A DNA stretch of 64,000 nucleotides, taken from positions 1,902,468 through 1,966,467 of the forward strand of contig CBDBBI010000010.1 of assembly GCA_965202625.1 (NCBI GenBank). The letters are read 5' to 3'. The notes under the pieces were generated by a model. It was given only the letters and a program-made list of their open reading frames with translations, had not been told where the DNA came from and made no database searches. Source of the stretch: a bacterium (GTDB lineage Bacteria > UBA8248). Shown in pieces: positions 62,317 to 64,000 of the stretch. Position numbers and translations under genes: made by a program. Positions within the stretch are counted from its first letter, which is position 1; each line of letters begins with the position of its first letter.

Positions 62317-63687
62317 CTACCTCGGCGTATTCACCCTCTCCAGCAAGGCCGTGAGCTCTCTCGTCCGAATCGAGTCGAGCCTCGAGACGGCGTCTGCGAT
62401 CTCCTCGCGCAAGGAGGCGTCCGTGCGCGCCTCGCTCAGCGTCTCGAATTTCTCCTTCACCACTCCCCATCCCATCGGGGTGGAGAAATGCCCCTCCCAG
62501 GCGGGCTTCTCCAGCCTGTGGACATCGCCGCCCTTCAGCGTGACGGCGATCCGCACGGGCGACTGCGCGGGATACCTCGCCGTCATCTCATCGGAGTTCG
62601 TGGTTCTCACCTTCCTCAAAAGCTCCTGCACGTCATCGGCGCGGATTCTCTCCTCCGCATATTGCGCCGGCAGAACCTGCTCGTCGATGATGGCGACCGA
62701 GAGCACGTAGGGCAAGCTGTGATCCGCCGTCTCCTTGTTCAGCACGTGCTCGCGCGCGCCCGCCTTGCCCTCGCCCATGATGAAATAGGCGCGCTCGTAA
62801 ATTCCGATCTCCACGTCCTCGACGTCCTCGGGCACAAAGCCGTGTTCGCGCTTCATCTCGATGACACCCTGGATCGCCGTCTGGGAATGCAGGCCCGCGT
62901 TGTAGCGTTTGACGCTGATCTCAAGCATTTTTCCTAAAGAAGCGTCCGACCAGTCCACGTGGAACTCTCCCGTCACCGACTCGAACACCCCGAAAGGGCC
63001 CTCCAGCAGCCGGAGGGGGCCGCTCACACCGCGCATGGCCAGAAACGTCGAATGCACTCCGCTGTGCCCCGCAGCCGCGTAGGCAAACCCTTTCCAATGG
63101 GACAGCTCGCCCGTGCGCGTGATGAGCAGGGGGTTTTGGCGCACTCCGCTCAACGCGATGGCGTGGGCCGTCCTCTCCAGGTCAAGACCCAGGGCGCGCG
63201 AGGCACCCGCAGCCACGGCGTAGGCGCCCGCCATAGGCTGATCGAAACCCCTCTTCTCATAGGGGGCGCTGTCGCAAAAGCGGCACTGCACCTCGTAGGC
63301 TACGGCGAGGGCGGTCATGAACTCCGCGCCGCTCGCGTCGGCGTATTCGGCCGCCGCCATCACGCTGCCCGTGTTGTCGCTCGGGTGCGAGGTGGCGAGC
63401 TTCCCCATGAACCCATCGTTGAAATCCAGATACCGAATCAGCGCGGTGTTGTAGAACGCCGCCCTGTCCGGCGCGGATCTTCCGCCGCCGATGAGCGCGC
63501 AGTGGGCCGCGCCGCCAAAATCATCCGCCTGCGCGCGCAAGAGGCGCACCGGACCCTCTCCCAGAGAGCCGATGGCACAGCCGATGGTGTCGAGCATGAG
63601 CGTCTTCGCCTGAGTGCGCGCCTCCTCGGAGAGATCATCAAAACTCTTCGCAGCGGCGAAGGCTGCGATCTCCTCTACTATCGTCAT
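62317..63687 (-). CDS. MmgE/PrpD family protein (2-methylcitrate dehydratase-like)
   Basis: 'MTIVEEIAAFAA...LDTIGCAIGS' start and MmgE_PrpD similarity throughout. Confidence 0.8.
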   Translation of the reverse strand: MTIVEEIAAFAAAKSFDDLSEEARTQAKTLMLDTIGCAIGSLGEGPVRLLRAQADDFGGAAHCALIGGGRSAPDRAAFYNTALIRYLDFNDGFMGKLATSHPSDNTGSVMAAAEYADASGAEFMTALAVAYEVQCRFCDSAPYEKRGFDQPMAGAYAVAAGASRALGLDLERTAHAIALSGVRQNPLLITRTGELSHWKGFAYAAAGHSGVHSTFLAMRGVSGPLRLLEGPFGVFESVTGEFHVDWSDASLGKMLEISVKRYNAGLHSQTAIQGVIEMKREHGFVPEDVEDVEIGIYERAYFIMGEGKAGAREHVLNKETADHSLPYVLSVAIIDEQVLPAQYAEERIRADDVQELLRKVRTTNSDEMTARYPAQSPVRIAVTLKGGDVHRLEKPAWEGHFSTPMGWGVVKEKFETLSEARTDASLREEIADAVSRLDSIRTRELTALLERVNTPR

Positions 63688-63776
63688 GTGGGCACTCCTC
63701 GGTCGAACCAGATTTTTTGGGGAAACCCGCTGCTCGCACCGCCCGCCGAATACCCCTGGCAAGGGATGAGTGCGGG

Positions 63777-64000
63777 TTAGCCGCCGTTCAGTTTCCTGTA
63801 TGTCTTCTGCATGATGAGGGCATCGTATTCCAGTGCGGGACTCTCGCACACTACACGACCCTCCGCCCCGAAGTCTATCAGCGCGCGCAACAAGTCCGGA
63901 TAGTTCATGTCCGAATCGTCCAGTTCGAGGTGATGCGCCTCACCCTTGTCCGAATACGCGATGCCCGAGAGGTGAATGTGCATCGTCTTCAGAACCTCTT
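63777..64000 (-). CDS. xylose-isomerase-like TIM-barrel / AP-endonuclease-2 family protein, C-terminal part (runs off window)
   Basis: 'HIHLSGIAYSDKGEAHHLEL' resembles the metal-binding strand of sugar-phosphate isomerase/epimerase family proteins. The gene is truncated by the window edge. Confidence 0.4.
   Translation of the reverse strand, partial: EVLKTMHIHLSGIAYSDKGEAHHLELDDSDMNYPDLLRALIDFGAEGRVVCESPALEYDALIMQKTYRKLNGG

Overview
This is a GC-rich (~65%) stretch of bacterial chromosome. The high GC, a split ATP synthase operon and two selenoproteins would be consistent with a Desulfobacterota/deltaproteobacterial-type organism, but that placement is tentative.

The window is densely coding on both strands. 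In order, it holds:
- a TusA-like protein, a class II Fic protein, a class I fructose-bisphosphate aldolase and FBPase pair, an OmpA-like lipoprotein, an MBL-fold hydrolase and a NUDIX hydrolase;
- a Type III restriction-modification locus: an intact res with an unusual C-terminal extension, and an upstream mod that is broken by two frameshifts;
- a GAF/degenerate-GGDEF protein directly upstream of an orphan mreB;
- a lower-GC block (~17.4-22.7 kb) with an ECF-sigma/SnoaL protein, a two-subunit CoA transferase and an APC permease with tandem UspA domains;
- a catabolic-looking cluster, which includes:
  - a cysteine-dioxygenase-like cupin, a GrdB-family selenoprotein with an in-frame TGA, and an M20 and an M24 peptidase;
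  - three paralogous alpha/beta hydrolases, two FAH-family proteins and a 2-oxoacid dehydrogenase E1 alpha/beta pair;
  - an LLM-type oxidoreductase, and peptide-type ABC permeases plus a substrate-binding protein, followed by an SPFH/NfeD pair;
- an F1Fo ATP synthase sub-operon (b', b, delta, alpha, gamma, beta, epsilon);
- two tandemly duplicated ankyrin-repeat lipoproteins;
- a minus-strand cluster reading NrnA-like, PncB, NuoI-like ferredoxin, TrxB and a glutaredoxin-like selenoprotein (UxxC), followed by an MmgE/PrpD-family protein.

I found no rRNA, tRNA, CRISPR array or transposase. Many of the long ORFs in the supplied track are antisense artefacts of the high GC content.
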